This document shows positions 1-10,909 of a stretch of 64,000 nt of DNA, in pieces. The stretch comes from Thermoleophilia bacterium (GTDB lineage Bacteria > Actinomycetota > Thermoleophilia > UBA2241): assembly GCA_041393415.1 (NCBI GenBank), contig JAWKKE010000001.1, positions 520,366 through 584,365 on the forward strand, written 5' to 3'. How positions within the stretch are numbered: the stretch's first letter is position 1; each line of letters opens with the position of its first letter. Made by a program: the position numbers and the translations under genes. The notes beneath the pieces were generated by a model. The model was not told the DNA's origin, did no database searches, and saw nothing but the letters and a program-made list of their open reading frames with translations.

Positions 1-993
1 GACCGTGAACTCAAAGTCCTGCATGTCGTGGAGCTCGCGCTCCAGAGTCGCGCGCACCTCGAGGAGCTGCTCGTACACCTCGGGGAACGCGTCCTTAAGC
101 TCGCTCACCGGCCGCGGCGTCCGCACACCTGCCACCACATCTTCGCCTTGCGCATTGACGAGGAACTCGCCGTAGAAGACGTCCTCGCCCGTGGCAGGGT
201 CGCGCGTGAAGGCGACGCCGGTGCCCGACTCATCGCCGGTGTTGCCGTAGACCATCGTCTGCACGTTGACGGCCGTACCCCAATCGTCGGGGATGTCGTA
301 CAGACGCCGGTAAGCGACGGCGCGATCGTTGGTCCAGCTGCGGAACACGGCCGCGATCGCCCCCCAGAGCTGCTCCATGGGGTCGTCGGGGAAGTCGTGA
401 CCGGTGCGCTCCTTAACCGCCGCCTTGAAGGCGACGACCAGCTCCTTGAGGTCGTCGGCGGTGAGCTCGGTGTCGATCTTGACACCCTTGCGCTCCTTCG
501 TCTCCTCAAGAATCTCTTCGAACGGATCGCGCTCATCTTCGTGCACGGGTTTGCAGCCGAGCACGACATCGCCGTACATGGCGACGAAGCGTCGGTAGCA
601 ATCGTAGGCAAAACGCGGGTTGTTCGTGGAGGCGATCACACCCTGAACGGTCTCGTCGTTGAGGCCCAGGTTGAGAATCGTGTCCATCATGCCCGGCATA
701 CTCGCGCGCGCACCCGAGCGCACGGATACCAGCAGCGGATCCGAGTTGTGACCGAAGATCTTGCCGGTGTTCTGCTCCAGCGCCGCCAGCGCCGCGCGTA
801 CTTGCTCGTCGACGCCGTCGGGGTAGTCGCCCGTGGCGGCGTAGTGATTGCAGACCTCGGTCGTGATGGTGAATCCGGGCGGCACGGGTAGCCCGATGCG
901 TGTCATTTCGGCGAGGTTGGCCCCCTTGCCGCCGAGCAGGGCCTTCATCCCCTTGTGGCCCTCGTCGAACCGGTAGACGTGCTTGCTCGCCAT
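1..993 (-). CDS. ppdK: Pyruvate, phosphate dikinase, N-terminal part; gene continues beyond the window start
   Basis: Minus-strand translation from ATG at 993 (RC GGAGGG RBS upstream) reads [48 protein letters not shown]..., the canonical PPDK N-terminal ATP-grasp region. No stop codon before position 1. Confidence 0.85.
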   Translation of the reverse strand, partial: MASKHVYRFDEGHKGMKALLGGKGANLAEMTRIGLPVPPGFTITTEVCNHYAATGDYPDGVDEQVRAALAALEQNTGKIFGHNSDPLLVSVRSGARASMPGMMDTILNLGLNDETVQGVIASTNNPRFAYDCYRRFVAMYGDVVLGCKPVHEDERDPFEEILEETKERKGVKIDTELTADDLKELVVAFKAAVKERTGHDFPDDPMEQLWGAIAAVFRSWTNDRAVAYRRLYDIPDDWGTAVNVQTMVYGNTGDESGTGVAFTRDPATGEDVFYGEFLVNAQGEDVVAGVRTPRPVSELKDAFPEVYEQLLEVRATLERELHDMQDFEFTV

Positions 994-1026
994 CAATCCC
1001 TCCTGGGGCATCCCCTGTCCCTACAC

Positions 1027-3171
1027 CTACGCCGCCGGCAGGCGGCCAAACTCGCCGATCCGGCCGATGAGGCCGGCGATCGCGGCGAGCTGCGCGAGTC
1101 TGTTGGCGCGTACCGCGGCGTCCGAGTCCATGACGAGAACGGCCTCGAAGTACGCGTCCACGGCCGGGCGCAGACCGGCCGCATGGTCGAGCGCCGCGGC
1201 GATGTCGAGGCGCGCGAGAGCGTCGTTCAGCGGCCCCTCCGCGACCGCGAACGACGCCGCCAGCGCGCCTTCGGCAGCGTCGCGGAAGAGCGTCTTGTCG
1301 ACGCCGCGCAGCGCGGCGTTCGGATCCTTGGCCGCCAGCGCGGCGCAACGGTTGTACGCGAGTACAGTCTCGTCGAGCGCGCTGGTGCCCGCCGCGGCGG
1401 CAATAGCGCGCGCCCGTGACGCCAGCGCCGGCATGTCGACGACGCGCGCGCCCAGCGCCGCCTCGACGCTCGCGAAGGGAAGTCCCTCGTCGAGTAGTGC
1501 GACTTCGAGGCGCTCGCGAATGAACGCCGCCGTCTCGGCGACGATCTCGGCACGCCGATCGTCGTCGGCAGGCAGTGCCCCCTGCAACTCGAACTGGCGC
1601 ACCGCCGCCTCGAGCAGACCGTCGAGCGGGAAGCGCAGGTGGTAAGCAAGTGCATTGCGCACAATGCCCATGGCCGCGCGCCGCAGTCCGTACGGATCGC
1701 GCGAACCCGACGGCTTCTGCCTGGCCACCCAGGCGCCGACGATGTTGTCGATCTTGTCGGCCACGGCAAGCATTGCGCCGGCCAGCGTTGTCGGCAGCGG
1801 CGCCGTCGCCGAGAGCGGACGGTAGTGCTCGCCGACGGCTTGCGCGACCTCGTCACCGGCTCCGCCGGCGGTTGCGTAAAGACCGCCCATGATGCCCTGC
1901 AGCACCGGGAACTCGATCACGACGTGACTGACGAGATCGGCCTTGGCAAGGCGAGCGGCGTCGTGCAGCGTCTGCGCCAAGGCGGAGCCGCCGTCCACCG
2001 CGGACTCGGCAGCCAGCTCGGCGACCAGGTTCTCGAGACGTCGCGACTTGTCGGCAAGCGAACCGAGCTTCTCGTGGAAGACGACCGCGTCGAGGCGTTC
2101 GGACATCGCCCCCAACCCTTCGGCGACGTCGCGGTCGAAGGCGAACTCGGCGTCGTCCAGCCGACCTTCGAGGACCTGCTGATTGCCGCGCGTGACGAGC
2201 GGGGCCGCCTGCGGACCGGCGTTGCCGACGTAGAGGAACGCCGGCAGCAGGCCGCCGTCGGCGTCGCGCAGCGGGAAGTACCGTTGGTGACTCTGCATGG
2301 CGGTCACAAGCACCGAGTCCGGGAGCCGCAAGTGTAGTTCCGCGAAACCGCCCGTCGCAACAGTCGGCCATTCCGTGAGATAGACGGCTTCCGAGAGCAC
2401 GTCACCCGGATCTGACCACGTGCCGCCGGCGGCCGCAGCAGCCGCGTCGAGTCCTGCGACGATGCGCTGCCGCCGATCGTGCTGCGACGCAATCACGGAC
2501 TGCTCGGCGAGCAAGGAGACGTAGTTCTCGGCGTGATCGATGACCACCGGAGCGCCCAGCACCCGGTGACCTTGTGAGAGATCGCCGATCGGCAGGTCAT
2601 AGAAGGTGCCGCCGATCGTGTCGCCGTCGAACTTGCAGACGAGCCAGCGGATGGGGCGCGAGAAGCGAAGGAAATCGTCGGCGCCCTCCGGCCGCCGCCC
2701 CCAACGCATGCCGCGCGGAATCTGAAGACTCGTGATGAGCCGTCCCACGAGATCGGGGAGCACTTCGGCGGTCGGGCGCCGCGACGCCTCAACGCGCACG
2801 ACGGCGAACTCGGTGCCGTCGACAACTTCACGCCGCACGTCTCCCGGAGCCGCGCCACGAGAGCGTGCAAAGCCTTCGCCGGCCTTCGTGAGCTGACCGT
2901 CCGGCCCGAAAGCGACCTCGGCCTTCGGACCCCGAAACTCGTCGACTTTCGCCGTCTGCTCTTCAGGAACACCGCGGACCTGCACGGCGATGCGCCGCGG
3001 CGACACGTAGACGGCGAGATCGGGCGCAGACGCGGAGAGAAGGCGGTTCTCCGTCAGCAGTTTCGCAACGACGCCCGGATCCTCGGCCGTCCCCTCGAGC
3101 TGGCGAATGACCGACTCACACACTTTGTAGGGCAGCTCTTCGCAGCCCACTTCGATGAGGAGCGTGCTCAT
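1027..3171 (-). CDS. glyS: Glycine--tRNA ligase beta subunit
   Basis: 714-aa ORF starting [16 protein letters not shown]..., typical GlyS N-terminus. Start overlaps glyQ stop by 4 nt (ATGA), consistent with a glyQS operon. Confidence 0.9.
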   Translation of the reverse strand: MSTLLIEVGCEELPYKVCESVIRQLEGTAEDPGVVAKLLTENRLLSASAPDLAVYVSPRRIAVQVRGVPEEQTAKVDEFRGPKAEVAFGPDGQLTKAGEGFARSRGAAPGDVRREVVDGTEFAVVRVEASRRPTAEVLPDLVGRLITSLQIPRGMRWGRRPEGADDFLRFSRPIRWLVCKFDGDTIGGTFYDLPIGDLSQGHRVLGAPVVIDHAENYVSLLAEQSVIASQHDRRQRIVAGLDAAAAAAGGTWSDPGDVLSEAVYLTEWPTVATGGFAELHLRLPDSVLVTAMQSHQRYFPLRDADGGLLPAFLYVGNAGPQAAPLVTRGNQQVLEGRLDDAEFAFDRDVAEGLGAMSERLDAVVFHEKLGSLADKSRRLENLVAELAAESAVDGGSALAQTLHDAARLAKADLVSHVVIEFPVLQGIMGGLYATAGGAGDEVAQAVGEHYRPLSATAPLPTTLAGAMLAVADKIDNIVGAWVARQKPSGSRDPYGLRRAAMGIVRNALAYHLRFPLDGLLEAAVRQFELQGALPADDDRRAEIVAETAAFIRERLEVALLDEGLPFASVEAALGARVVDMPALASRARAIAAAAGTSALDETVLAYNRCAALAAKDPNAALRGVDKTLFRDAAEGALAASFAVAEGPLNDALARLDIAAALDHAAGLRPAVDAYFEAVLVMDSDAAVRANRLAQLAAIAGLIGRIGEFGRLPAA

Positions 3172-4127
3172 CGACCCGCCTCCTCGCCGGCATCGGTCGC
3201 GCCGTCGTCGGCTTCGCGTTCGGCAGCCACCTCAAGGTACATGTCGGCGGTCTTGCGCGCCAGGTCGCGGACGCGGCCGATGTGCATGGTGCGGTCGGTC
3301 ACGCTGATGACGCCGCGTGCATCGAGCATGTTGAAGGCGTGACTACACTTCAACACGTGATCGTAGGCGGGCAGCGGCAGCCGAGCCTGCAGACAGCGCT
3401 CGGCCTCGGCCTCGTACTCGCGGAAGTGGCGATACAGCATCTCGGTGTCGGCGACCTCGAAGTTGTAGTGGCTGAACTGGCGCTCGTTCTCCTGATACAC
3501 GTCGCCGTACGTGATGGTCACGGTCTTGCCGTCTTCTTCCCACTGCGACCAGACGAGGTCGAAGACGTTGTCGACGCCCTGCAGATACATCACCAGACGC
3601 TCGAGACCGTACGTGAGCTCAACCGTGATGGGATCGAGGTCGAAACCGCCGAGCTGCTGGAAGTACGTGAACTGTGTCGCCTCCATGCCGTCGATCCAGA
3701 CCTCCCAGCCCAAACCCCAGGCACCCAGCGTCGGTCCCTCCCAGTTGTCTTCGACGAAGCGCACGTCGTGCTCGCGAAGATCGATCCCGAGCGCCACCAA
3801 CGACTGCAGGTAGAGATCTTGGATGTTCGGCGGCGACGGCTTGATCACGACTTGGTACTGGTAATAGTGGCCGAGTCGATAGGGATTCTCGCCGTATCGT
3901 CCGTCCGCCGGTCGCATGCAGGGCTCGACGTATGCCGCTCTCCAGGGCTTTGCGTCGAGACAGCGCAGAAACGTTGCGGGATTGAACGTGCCGGCGCCGA
4001 CCTCCGTGTGGTACGGCTGTACGACGACGCACCCCTGCTCTTCCCAAAAAGCCTGCAAACGACGGATGGCCGACTGGAACGTGGACGTGTATTTGCGGGC
4101 GTCCTCCCCGCCTGCGTGCGCGCTCAT
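3168..4127 (-). CDS. glyQ: Glycine--tRNA ligase alpha subunit
   Basis: Highly conserved GlyQ core ([17 protein letters not shown]...[29 protein letters not shown]...). Start taken at internal ATG 4127 ([12 protein letters not shown]...), preceded by GGGAGG. The longer track ORF to 4298 is treated as an upstream extension. Confidence 0.88.
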   Translation of the reverse strand: MSAHAGGEDARKYTSTFQSAIRRLQAFWEEQGCVVVQPYHTEVGAGTFNPATFLRCLDAKPWRAAYVEPCMRPADGRYGENPYRLGHYYQYQVVIKPSPPNIQDLYLQSLVALGIDLREHDVRFVEDNWEGPTLGAWGLGWEVWIDGMEATQFTYFQQLGGFDLDPITVELTYGLERLVMYLQGVDNVFDLVWSQWEEDGKTVTITYGDVYQENERQFSHYNFEVADTEMLYRHFREYEAEAERCLQARLPLPAYDHVLKCSHAFNMLDARGVISVTDRTMHIGRVRDLARKTADMYLEVAAEREADDGATDAGEEAGR

Positions 4128-4207
4128 GATCCTCCCGGGTAAGGGCGCCGATTCTAGCAGGGCAACGACCGGCGCCACAACGCTCGCGCCGCTCGCCGGC
4201 GCCGGCA

Positions 4208-5533
4208 GTGAGGTCAAGTGGTCGGTGTATCCTAAGATCGCGTTCGGACATCGACTGGAGAACTGCTGTGCCTCGCTTCGCTCGCGCCCACCTGCCAACT
4301 CAGGCTAATCTCGAGCAACTGCGAGAACGGGCGGTCGCCTTCGCCCAACACTCGCCGCGCGCGGCCGCCACCTGGAAGCAGTGGCGCATGGCGCGCGAAC
4401 ACGTCGAGTGGCAGGCGCGATTCCGCGGCCAGCGACACTCCCGCTTCCTCGTGCCCAGACGTGTCGTCTACGTCGCCCCGGAGCGGATTGTGGCCATCGC
4501 TCGAGGAGACTTCGCCCCGAGCGACCACTCGTGCCCAACCGAGATCTCGGGCGATTGGGATCTGCACCTGACACCCGCCGACAACGACGACTTCTACGAC
4601 GACCTGCGACTCGTCGCCGACGGCGGTTCCTGGAAGGAGACGCGCGTCTACAGACGCGCGCTGACGGCCATCGCGGACGAGGGGCTCTGGAACGGTGAGT
4701 ACTTCTCGGCAGAAGAGGTGGATGAGTACTTCTGCGCACCATACGACAACCTTCTGGCGTCCATGCGCCGCTACGGCTACTTGGCCCAACGCGACCTGGC
4801 GGCCGCGATCCCGCGCTGGTATCGCCCACTCCACGCCGACGAGGTGACCCTGGCGATTGGCCGCGACGGCGCGCTCTTCGTCCGCGAAGGCCGGCATCGC
4901 GTGGCGTGTGCCGCCGTGCTCGGCATCCCCGCCATCCCGGCGCGAGTGTTCTTCCGTCACTCAGACTGGATGGCGACCCGCGAGCTCGCCGAGGCATACG
5001 CGCAGCAACTCGGCGGCATGGCGCCGCAACCCACACTGCACCCGGATCTCGACAACATTCCGGCCCCACCGAGCTGTGACGCCGTACTCGCCGCAACCTG
5101 CGCCGCCCTGCGCAGCGCCGGCGGCGCTCTCGTCGATCTCACACCGAGTTGGGGCTACTACTGTCGGCGGCTTGAAGACATTGGATTCCCGAGCACGGCG
5201 CTCGCCAGTAACGGCGAGTCGGACGAGTTCCTGCACGCCCTGCGGGTGACACAGGCAGCGACCTTCGCGACCGCGCGTGCACACGACGCTGCCGCGCACC
5301 CTGCCTTCGCGGTGGGAGTAGCGCTCGACCCCGCGTACTTGGGACTCGGCGCCGAGCGACGACTGCTCGACCTTCTGTCAACAGTGGCGCTTGACGAACT
5401 CGTGCTCGCCGTCCCGGCAGCCTCCGCGGAGGCGTGGGACTTAGCAGCCGTGGCGCGCGCCGGTCACTTCACGACACGCGTCGAACTGCCGGCGCCGGCC
5501 GGCGCTACGCGACTGCACCACTTCGTACGCTAG
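4208..5533 (+). CDS. Hypothetical protein with central ParB/Sulfiredoxin-like (ParB N-terminal nuclease-type) domain; function unknown
   Basis: 441-aa ORF with non-repetitive composition. Segment [38 protein letters not shown] fits the ParB/Srx GxxR...AA...G..IP motif pattern. The C-terminal roughly 160 aa are unassigned. Start uncertain: alternatives are GTG near 4268 and ATG 4388. Confidence 0.5.
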   Translation: MRSSGRCILRSRSDIDWRTAVPRFARAHLPTQANLEQLRERAVAFAQHSPRAAATWKQWRMAREHVEWQARFRGQRHSRFLVPRRVVYVAPERIVAIARGDFAPSDHSCPTEISGDWDLHLTPADNDDFYDDLRLVADGGSWKETRVYRRALTAIADEGLWNGEYFSAEEVDEYFCAPYDNLLASMRRYGYLAQRDLAAAIPRWYRPLHADEVTLAIGRDGALFVREGRHRVACAAVLGIPAIPARVFFRHSDWMATRELAEAYAQQLGGMAPQPTLHPDLDNIPAPPSCDAVLAATCAALRSAGGALVDLTPSWGYYCRRLEDIGFPSTALASNGESDEFLHALRVTQAATFATARAHDAAAHPAFAVGVALDPAYLGLGAERRLLDLLSTVALDELVLAVPAASAEAWDLAAVARAGHFTTRVELPAPAGATRLHHFVR

Positions 5534-5543
5534 ACCGCGAAGG

Positions 5544-6338
5544 TTACCCGTCCGGCCCCAGTGCCCGCGGCGCCGTGTACTGGTGGTCGGCGGCGCGGGC
5601 AAAGTGCAGCGCCCGCAAACGTGTTCCGGTGTGGTACTGGTAGAGATTGTGAAGATGACGCAGCCCCTCGGCGGCAGCGGGCTGCGGCTCCACCGTTGCC
5701 AGTTCCGAGAGCGGCCGCTCGAGCACCTCACGCATCAAGACGACGGCGGCCGCAGTCACGGGCACGGCATCGCCAAGGCAGTCGCGACAGACGAGGCCGC
5801 CCTGGGCGGCAGAGAAGCCGAGGCCGCGCTCGCCACCCCCACAAGCAGCGCAGTGTTCGAGAATCGGCATGTAGCCGGCGGCGTAGAGCAGCTTGAGCAG
5901 GACGCCGAGAAGCAGAGGCGCCTCCAGGGCCGACCCGGCGAAGCCGCGATCGATCGTCGTCAGCGCATTGCGCAGGAGAGCGAAGACGCGTTCCTCCGGC
6001 TCATGCATCGCCACCAGCCCGGCAACGGCCTCACAAGCGACGGAGGCTGCGATAAGGCAGTCACGGTCGCTCAAGAGCCGCGGAAACACGTCCACGGTCT
6101 GAGCCTGCGTAACGGTATACAGAGAACGGCCGTGGTGGAGCACCAGGTCACACACGTTGAACGGCTCCAGACGGCCACCCCACCTGGAGTTGGTCTTGCG
6201 CACACCCTTGACGACCGCATCCACGCGCCCCAGCTCGCGCGTATAGAGACGCAGGATACGATCGGCCTCGCCCAGCGGACGCGACGCGAGCACGACGACG
6301 CGCGCCTTCACCTGGGGAGGCACTAGGCCTCCCCACAT
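5544..6338 (-). CDS. recO: DNA repair protein RecO
   Basis: PPQVKARVVVLASRPLGEADRILRLYTRELGRVDAVVKGVRKTNSRWGGRLEPF... matches the RecO N-terminal OB-fold region, and a Cys-rich zinc region (CAACGGG...CRDC) follows. Exact start uncertain. Confidence 0.8.
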   Translation of the reverse strand: MWGGLVPPQVKARVVVLASRPLGEADRILRLYTRELGRVDAVVKGVRKTNSRWGGRLEPFNVCDLVLHHGRSLYTVTQAQTVDVFPRLLSDRDCLIAASVACEAVAGLVAMHEPEERVFALLRNALTTIDRGFAGSALEAPLLLGVLLKLLYAAGYMPILEHCAACGGGERGLGFSAAQGGLVCRDCLGDAVPVTAAAVVLMREVLERPLSELATVEPQPAAAEGLRHLHNLYQYHTGTRLRALHFARAADHQYTAPRALGPDG

Positions 6339-7250
6339 GGAGACTCGGCACTCGGTTCCTGGGCGCGAGAAGACATGGAGGACGAGCCTGCATCGACACG
6401 ACGTGCGAACACAACGCGGGCCAATCCGCCGAGATCGTTTCGTCGCTGCACGGCCGGGAACCGACCTGTGGCGGAGAACAGCGCGGCCACCGCGTCCGCC
6501 TCGCCCCAGCCGACTTCCACCGCGAGACCGCCGCCGGGACGCAGGCGGGCGGCGGCAGCCGGAATCAGAAGCCTGTAGACGTCGAGGCCGTCGCCGCCGC
6601 CGTACAGGGCGAGGCGCGGCTCGTAGTCGCGCACGTTCGGCTCGAGAGCGTCGTACTCCGCCGCCGGGATGTACGGTGGATTGCTGACGATCACATCGAA
6701 GCGTCGGTCAGACGGAAGGGCCGCAAACAGATCGCTGCGCATGAAGCTGACGCGTGCGGTGAGGCCGTGGTGGGCCGCGTTGCGGCGGGCCACGGCCAGC
6801 GCCTCCTCGTCGACGTCGACCGCGAGCACGCGTACGGTCGGATTCTCGGCCGCCAGCGCCAGAGCCACACAGCCGGAGCCGGTCCCGACATCAAGTATCT
6901 GCGGCTCCGGCACCGCCGAGTCGGTTGTCGCAGCGACAAACTCGAGCGCGACATCGACCAGCGTCTCCGTCTCTGGCCTGGGGATGAGCACCGCCGGCGT
7001 CACCTCGAGATCCAGCGTACGGAAGGTGCGCACTCCGCGAATGTAGGCGACGGGCTCATGCGCCTCACGACGTCGCAGATACCCCTCGAAACGCACGGCC
7101 TGCTCGACACCGAGCTCCACTTCAGGCGCCCGAAAGAGCGCCGTGCGATCGACGCCCAGTGCCGTCGCCAGCAGGAGTTCGGCGTCCAAACGCGGTGAAC
7201 GCGAACCGCCGGCGCGGAGACGCTGCGCCGCAGCGCGCAACGACTCGGCG
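6323..7250 (-). CDS. prmC: Release factor glutamine N5-methyltransferase PrmC/HemK
   Basis: Contains LDVGTGSGCVALALA (SAM motif I) and the NPPY catalytic motif (VSNPPYIPAAEY). Located immediately downstream of prfA. Start not resolved (no in-frame ATG near ALNVAESLRAAAQRL), so the 5' boundary is approximate. Confidence 0.8.
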
Positions 7251-7262
7251 ACGTTCAGTGCC

Positions 7263-8348
7263 TCACCCTCCCCCCGCGGCGGCGAGCTGCTTGCGCCGGT
7301 CCTCCGCCGCCAATGCCTCGGTGAATTCGTCAAGCTCGCCCTCGAGCACCTCGGCCAAGCGGTGGCTGGTAAGGCCGATGCGATGATCGCTGACGCGGTT
7401 CTGCTGGAAGTTGTAGGTGCGGATCTTCTGCGACCGATCGCCGCTGCCGACCATACTGCGCCGCGCCGACGCCTGTTCCGCGTCTTGCCGCTCGCGCTCG
7501 GCCTCGTAGAGGCGCGCCCTGAGAATCCGGAGGGCGCGCTCCTTGTTCTGCAGTTGGCTCTTCTCATCCTGACAGCTCACCACGAGCCCGGTCGGTAGAT
7601 GCGTCACGCGAACGGCCGAATCGGTGGTGTTGACGCTCTGCCCTCCCGGTCCACGCGCCCGGAACACGTCGATCTGGAGATCGTTTGGGTGAATCTCGAT
7701 CTCGATTTCCTCCGCCTCGGGCAGCACCGCGACCGTGGCGGTCGACGTGTGGATGCGGCCCGCGGCCTCCGTGGCCGGGACCCGCTGGACGCGGTGCACG
7801 CCGCTCTCGTACTTGAGCGTCGAATACGCGCCTTGGCCGCGCACCTCGAGAGTGATCTCTTTGTAGCCGCCGTCGTCGTTCTCGTTGGCGCTCAGCATCT
7901 CGACCGCAAAGCCCTTGGCCTGGGCGTAGCGTGTGTACATGCGCGTCAGGTCGGCGGCGAACAGCGACGCCTCGTCGCCCCCGGTGCCGGCGCGAATCTC
8001 GATGATCACGTCCTTGGCGTCGTTGGGATCACGCGTCACCATGCGCACGCGAATCTCCTCACTCAGTTCGTCGAGGGCGTGACGTCCCACGACCAGCTCT
8101 TCTTGAGCGAAGGCGCGCATCTCCGCGTCCGTCGACGTATCACCGAGAAGGGCTTCGGCATCGGTGACCGTCTGCTGCGCCTCACGATACCGGCGCGTGA
8201 GTTCGTACGCCGGCTGCAGTTCGGCGTGCTTGCGCGCCGCATCGGCGAAGCGCCCGCGGTCGGCGAGAAGTTCGGGATCGGCAAGCTGCGCGTTGAGGTC
8301 GTGGAACGAGCGCTCGATTTCTTCGATGAGGTTCTCGATAGCGGCCAT
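7263..8348 (-). CDS. prfA: Peptide chain release factor 1
   Basis: 361 aa with RF1 hallmarks: PATEAAGRIHTSTATVAVLPE (tripeptide anticodon region) and GGQ motif (RARGPGGQSVNTTDSAVRVTHLPTG). Confidence 0.95.
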   Translation of the reverse strand: MAAIENLIEEIERSFHDLNAQLADPELLADRGRFADAARKHAELQPAYELTRRYREAQQTVTDAEALLGDTSTDAEMRAFAQEELVVGRHALDELSEEIRVRMVTRDPNDAKDVIIEIRAGTGGDEASLFAADLTRMYTRYAQAKGFAVEMLSANENDDGGYKEITLEVRGQGAYSTLKYESGVHRVQRVPATEAAGRIHTSTATVAVLPEAEEIEIEIHPNDLQIDVFRARGPGGQSVNTTDSAVRVTHLPTGLVVSCQDEKSQLQNKERALRILRARLYEAERERQDAEQASARRSMVGSGDRSQKIRTYNFQQNRVSDHRIGLTSHRLAEVLEGELDEFTEALAAEDRRKQLAAAGGG

Positions 8349-8357
8349 GGACAGAGT

Positions 8358-9311
8358 CTACGCCATGACCTCGACGCCCTTCTCCGGCGGCTTGTCCTGT
8401 GGCTCGAGCTCGATGATCTTCTCCAGAGCCGCGATCGCTACCTCGACCTGGGCTCTGTCTGGCTTGCGAGTCGTGAGCCACTGCAGAGCCAACCCGGGCG
8501 CCATGATCGCGCGCACGACGGCACTGCCCTCGTGGCGCCCGGCAAACTTGATGATCTCGTAGCTGATGCCGGCGATGAGCGGCACGAGCACAATGCGACT
8601 GAGGATCAGGAGATACCAGGCCGGCCACTGCACGATGGCGAAGACGAGGATACTCACGACCATCACGACGAGGAGAAACGAGGTACCGCAACGCAGATGC
8701 AGCGTCGTGTACTTCTGAACGTTCTCGGGGATGAGTTCCTCGTCGTGCTCGAGCGCGTGGATGCTCATGTGCTCGGCACCGTGGTACTCGAAGACGCGGC
8801 GAAGGTCCCTGAGCTGAGTAACGGCGACGATGTAGCCGACGAAGATGACCACACGGACGAGGCCCTCAACGAGCCAGAAGACCATGCCGTCGCCGATGTG
8901 CGACTTGAGCAGACCGGTGAGAAAGAGCGGGAGGAGGAAGAAGAGCCCGATCGCCGCCGAAATGGCGATGACGAGCGTTATCCCCATCTCCTTCTTCGTG
9001 AACTCGGCTTCCTCTTCGCCGAGAGACTCGTTCGCCGAGATCGACAGTGCGCGCATGCCTAGGACCAGCGACTCGCCGAGCGCGGCGACACCGCGTATCA
9101 CCGGGAGCTTGAGAATCGGATACGCCTTCATCCAGCTCACAAGAGGGAAGGCATGCAGCGCGATCGTGTCGTCGGGTCGCCGCACGGCAACGGACCAGTT
9201 GCTGACGCCGCGCATCATGACGCCCTCGAGTACCGCTTGGCCGCCGACCTGAGCGCGGCGCGCCTCGAGCAGCGAGACGGCCAGCAGAGGGAGTAGTGCG
9301 AGGCCTCTCAC
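8358..9311 (-). CDS. DUF1385 (YqhQ-like) membrane protein, conserved neighbour of prfA
   Basis: Conserved GGQAVLEGVMMRG N-terminal motif and multiple TM segments. Start taken at GTG 9311, whose GTGA overlaps the stop of the upstream thyX. The track ORF extends to 9485 in the same frame. Confidence 0.72.
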   Translation of the reverse strand: MRGLALLPLLAVSLLEARRAQVGGQAVLEGVMMRGVSNWSVAVRRPDDTIALHAFPLVSWMKAYPILKLPVIRGVAALGESLVLGMRALSISANESLGEEEAEFTKKEMGITLVIAISAAIGLFFLLPLFLTGLLKSHIGDGMVFWLVEGLVRVVIFVGYIVAVTQLRDLRRVFEYHGAEHMSIHALEHDEELIPENVQKYTTLHLRCGTSFLLVVMVVSILVFAIVQWPAWYLLILSRIVLVPLIAGISYEIIKFAGRHEGSAVVRAIMAPGLALQWLTTRKPDRAQVEVAIAALEKIIELEPQDKPPEKGVEVMA

Positions 9312-10045
9312 CCTGCAACCGTGACGGGAGTGTCGACGTCTTGCGGGCGATACGGCCGGCCGCACGTCATCTTGCCCTCGCCACACTCGCCGTACAGGCA
9401 ATTTGGCCCGGTGCCCTCGAACAAGCCGGGCGACACCGCGCGAACCATGCTGCGCATGCGCCACGCGAGGTCGTTGATCTCCCACTGAGCACGCCGGCAG
9501 CAGCGCACCTGGAAGAAGTGACGGAGCTCGCGCGCGTTCATCGTCACCACGATCTTGGTCTCGGCGGCGTTGGGCAGAACAAACCGCGCGTCTTCCTGAA
9601 CACTCTCGCGCGTGCGACCTTCGGCAAGGCCGAGCTCGACCAGCTTGTCGTACGCGCCGCGCGCCTGCTCCATGGCCGCCAGGAAGACTCTCTCGGCCTC
9701 CGGATTGGCGCCGATACTCGGCGGCACGACGAAACTGTCGCGCTGCCCGAAGTTCACGTATCGCTGTGACTGCTGGTTGTAGCTCGCGAGACGGTGGCGC
9801 ACGATCTGGTGCGTGCAGGCTCGACTCACGCCGTCGATGGCGAAGGTGAACGACGCGTGCTCAAGGGCGGAGTGGTGCCCGGAGCGCACCAGGATACGCA
9901 CGAGCTTGGCGACGTCCGCGTCGCTCATCTCCTGCTGAAGCTCGGCCGCCGACACCGGTGCATAGCAGAGCCGGCCGGCGATGGCGACCGCCCGATCCGG
10001 GTCTGGAGTGTACTGCAGGAGCGTGACGCTGAGGCGCGCGCTCAC
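9308..10045 (-). CDS. thyX: FAD-dependent thymidylate synthase ThyX
   Basis: ThyX signature RHRLASYNQQSQRY (RHRxxSxxxxSxRY). Start taken at GTG 10045, preceded by GGAGGCGGC. The track ORF is extended upstream to 10168 by an Arg/Ser-rich tail. Confidence 0.85.
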   Translation of the reverse strand: MSARLSVTLLQYTPDPDRAVAIAGRLCYAPVSAAELQQEMSDADVAKLVRILVRSGHHSALEHASFTFAIDGVSRACTHQIVRHRLASYNQQSQRYVNFGQRDSFVVPPSIGANPEAERVFLAAMEQARGAYDKLVELGLAEGRTRESVQEDARFVLPNAAETKIVVTMNARELRHFFQVRCCRRAQWEINDLAWRMRSMVRAVSPGLFEGTGPNCLYGECGEGKMTCGRPYRPQDVDTPVTVAG

Positions 10046-10055
10046 GCCGCCTCCG

Positions 10056-10273
10056 TCAGCTCTTCTTGCTGACGGTCTTCTTGTCGAAGCGACGGTTGAA
10101 GCGCTCGACGCGACCGCCCGAGTCGACCAGCTTCTGCTTGCCCGTGTAGAACGGGTGGCACTGCGCACAGAGCTCTACGTGCAGCTCGCTCTTCGTGCTG
10201 CGCGTCGTGAACGTATTGCCGCACGAGCAGTGAACGGTCGCCTCTTCGTACTTGGGGTGGATGTCTTTCTTCA
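10056..10273 (-). CDS. rpmE: 50S ribosomal protein L31
   Basis: [63 protein letters not shown] is a full-length L31 with the CxxC...CxxC zinc ribbon. Start at internal ATG 10273. Confidence 0.9.
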
Positions 10274-10342
10274 TCGCAACGGATCCCTTCAGTGCATCCG
10301 AATGGTGGCATGGCACGGCTACGGCCTCGAGGCCGAGGGAGG

Positions 10343-10348
10343 ATCATA
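10343..10348 (-). promoter_or_regulatory. Candidate extended -10 element (TGGTATGAT on minus strand) for rpmE operon
   Basis: Minus-strand sequence tgtggTATGATcc lies about 70 nt upstream of the rpmE start. No -35 assessed. Confidence 0.3.
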
Positions 10349-10360
10349 CCACAGACGCCG

Positions 10361-10400
10361 GGGTGCGGCGCGACGCGTCCGCCTCGGGCGCGCCGCACCC
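10361..10400 (-). terminator. GC-rich hairpin (11-bp stem GGTGCGGCGCG/CGCGCCGCACC, 16-nt loop) downstream of VOC gene, no U-tract
   Basis: Perfect inverted repeat seen directly. It sits between the VOC gene stop (10410) and the rpmE promoter region. U-tract-less hairpin terminators are common in high-GC genomes. Confidence 0.35.
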
Positions 10401-10409
10401 CACGCCGCT

Positions 10410-10835
10410 TCAGCTCGCACCCTCTTCTTCCGCACTGGCGCGCCCAGTCCGCGGCACCGGCTGGAGGAGGCTGAGTCGATTCCCCTCCGGATCGACGAAG
10501 GCCGCGTAGAGGCCGATTCCCTGGATGGTCATCGGCTCCGCGAGCACAGTACCACCGGCCTCCTTGACCTTTCGCGCCGCGATCTCGACATCGTCCACCG
10601 CGATGACGAAGGACGGCGCCTGTGGCGGCGCGGCCGGATCTCGCTGGTAGAGGCCGCCGTTGATGGCGCCTGGTCTCTTGGGTCCGCCCTCGTCCGTCTC
10701 GATGGTCGTGGCGAGCACGTAGCGACCCATCTCCTCACCGAGCACCTGCATCTGCCAGCCGAAGGCCTCGCGGTAGAAGCGCACCGCACGTTGGGCGTCG
10801 TCGTACGGCATTTCGAAGTGCACAACCGGATCCAT
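10410..10835 (-). CDS. VOC family protein (glyoxalase/bleomycin-resistance fold)
   Basis: 141 aa. MDPVVHFEMPYDDAQRAVRFYREAFGWQ... and C-terminal GGTVLAEPMTIQGIGLYAAFVDPEGNRLSLLQ are typical of the VOC beta-alpha-beta-beta-beta modules. Confidence 0.7.
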   Translation of the reverse strand: MDPVVHFEMPYDDAQRAVRFYREAFGWQMQVLGEEMGRYVLATTIETDEGGPKRPGAINGGLYQRDPAAPPQAPSFVIAVDDVEIAARKVKEAGGTVLAEPMTIQGIGLYAAFVDPEGNRLSLLQPVPRTGRASAEEEGAS

Positions 10836-10909
10836 GATTCCTGCTCCCGCGTCGAGGAAGACAACTATCCCGTCACTCGCGTGGTGCTACACAGTCAACC
10901 TCGTCAAAC

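Noticed and set aside
105-611. Several Arg/Ala/Pro/Ser-rich ORFs antisense to or overlapping strong genes, including 105..611 (-), 533..1348 (-), 983..1645 (+), 4305..5096 (-), 19716..20036 (-) and 24210..24800 (+).
   Set aside because: Shadow ORFs typical of high-GC DNA. Their products are low-complexity R/A/P/G strings and they overlap well-supported genes in another frame.
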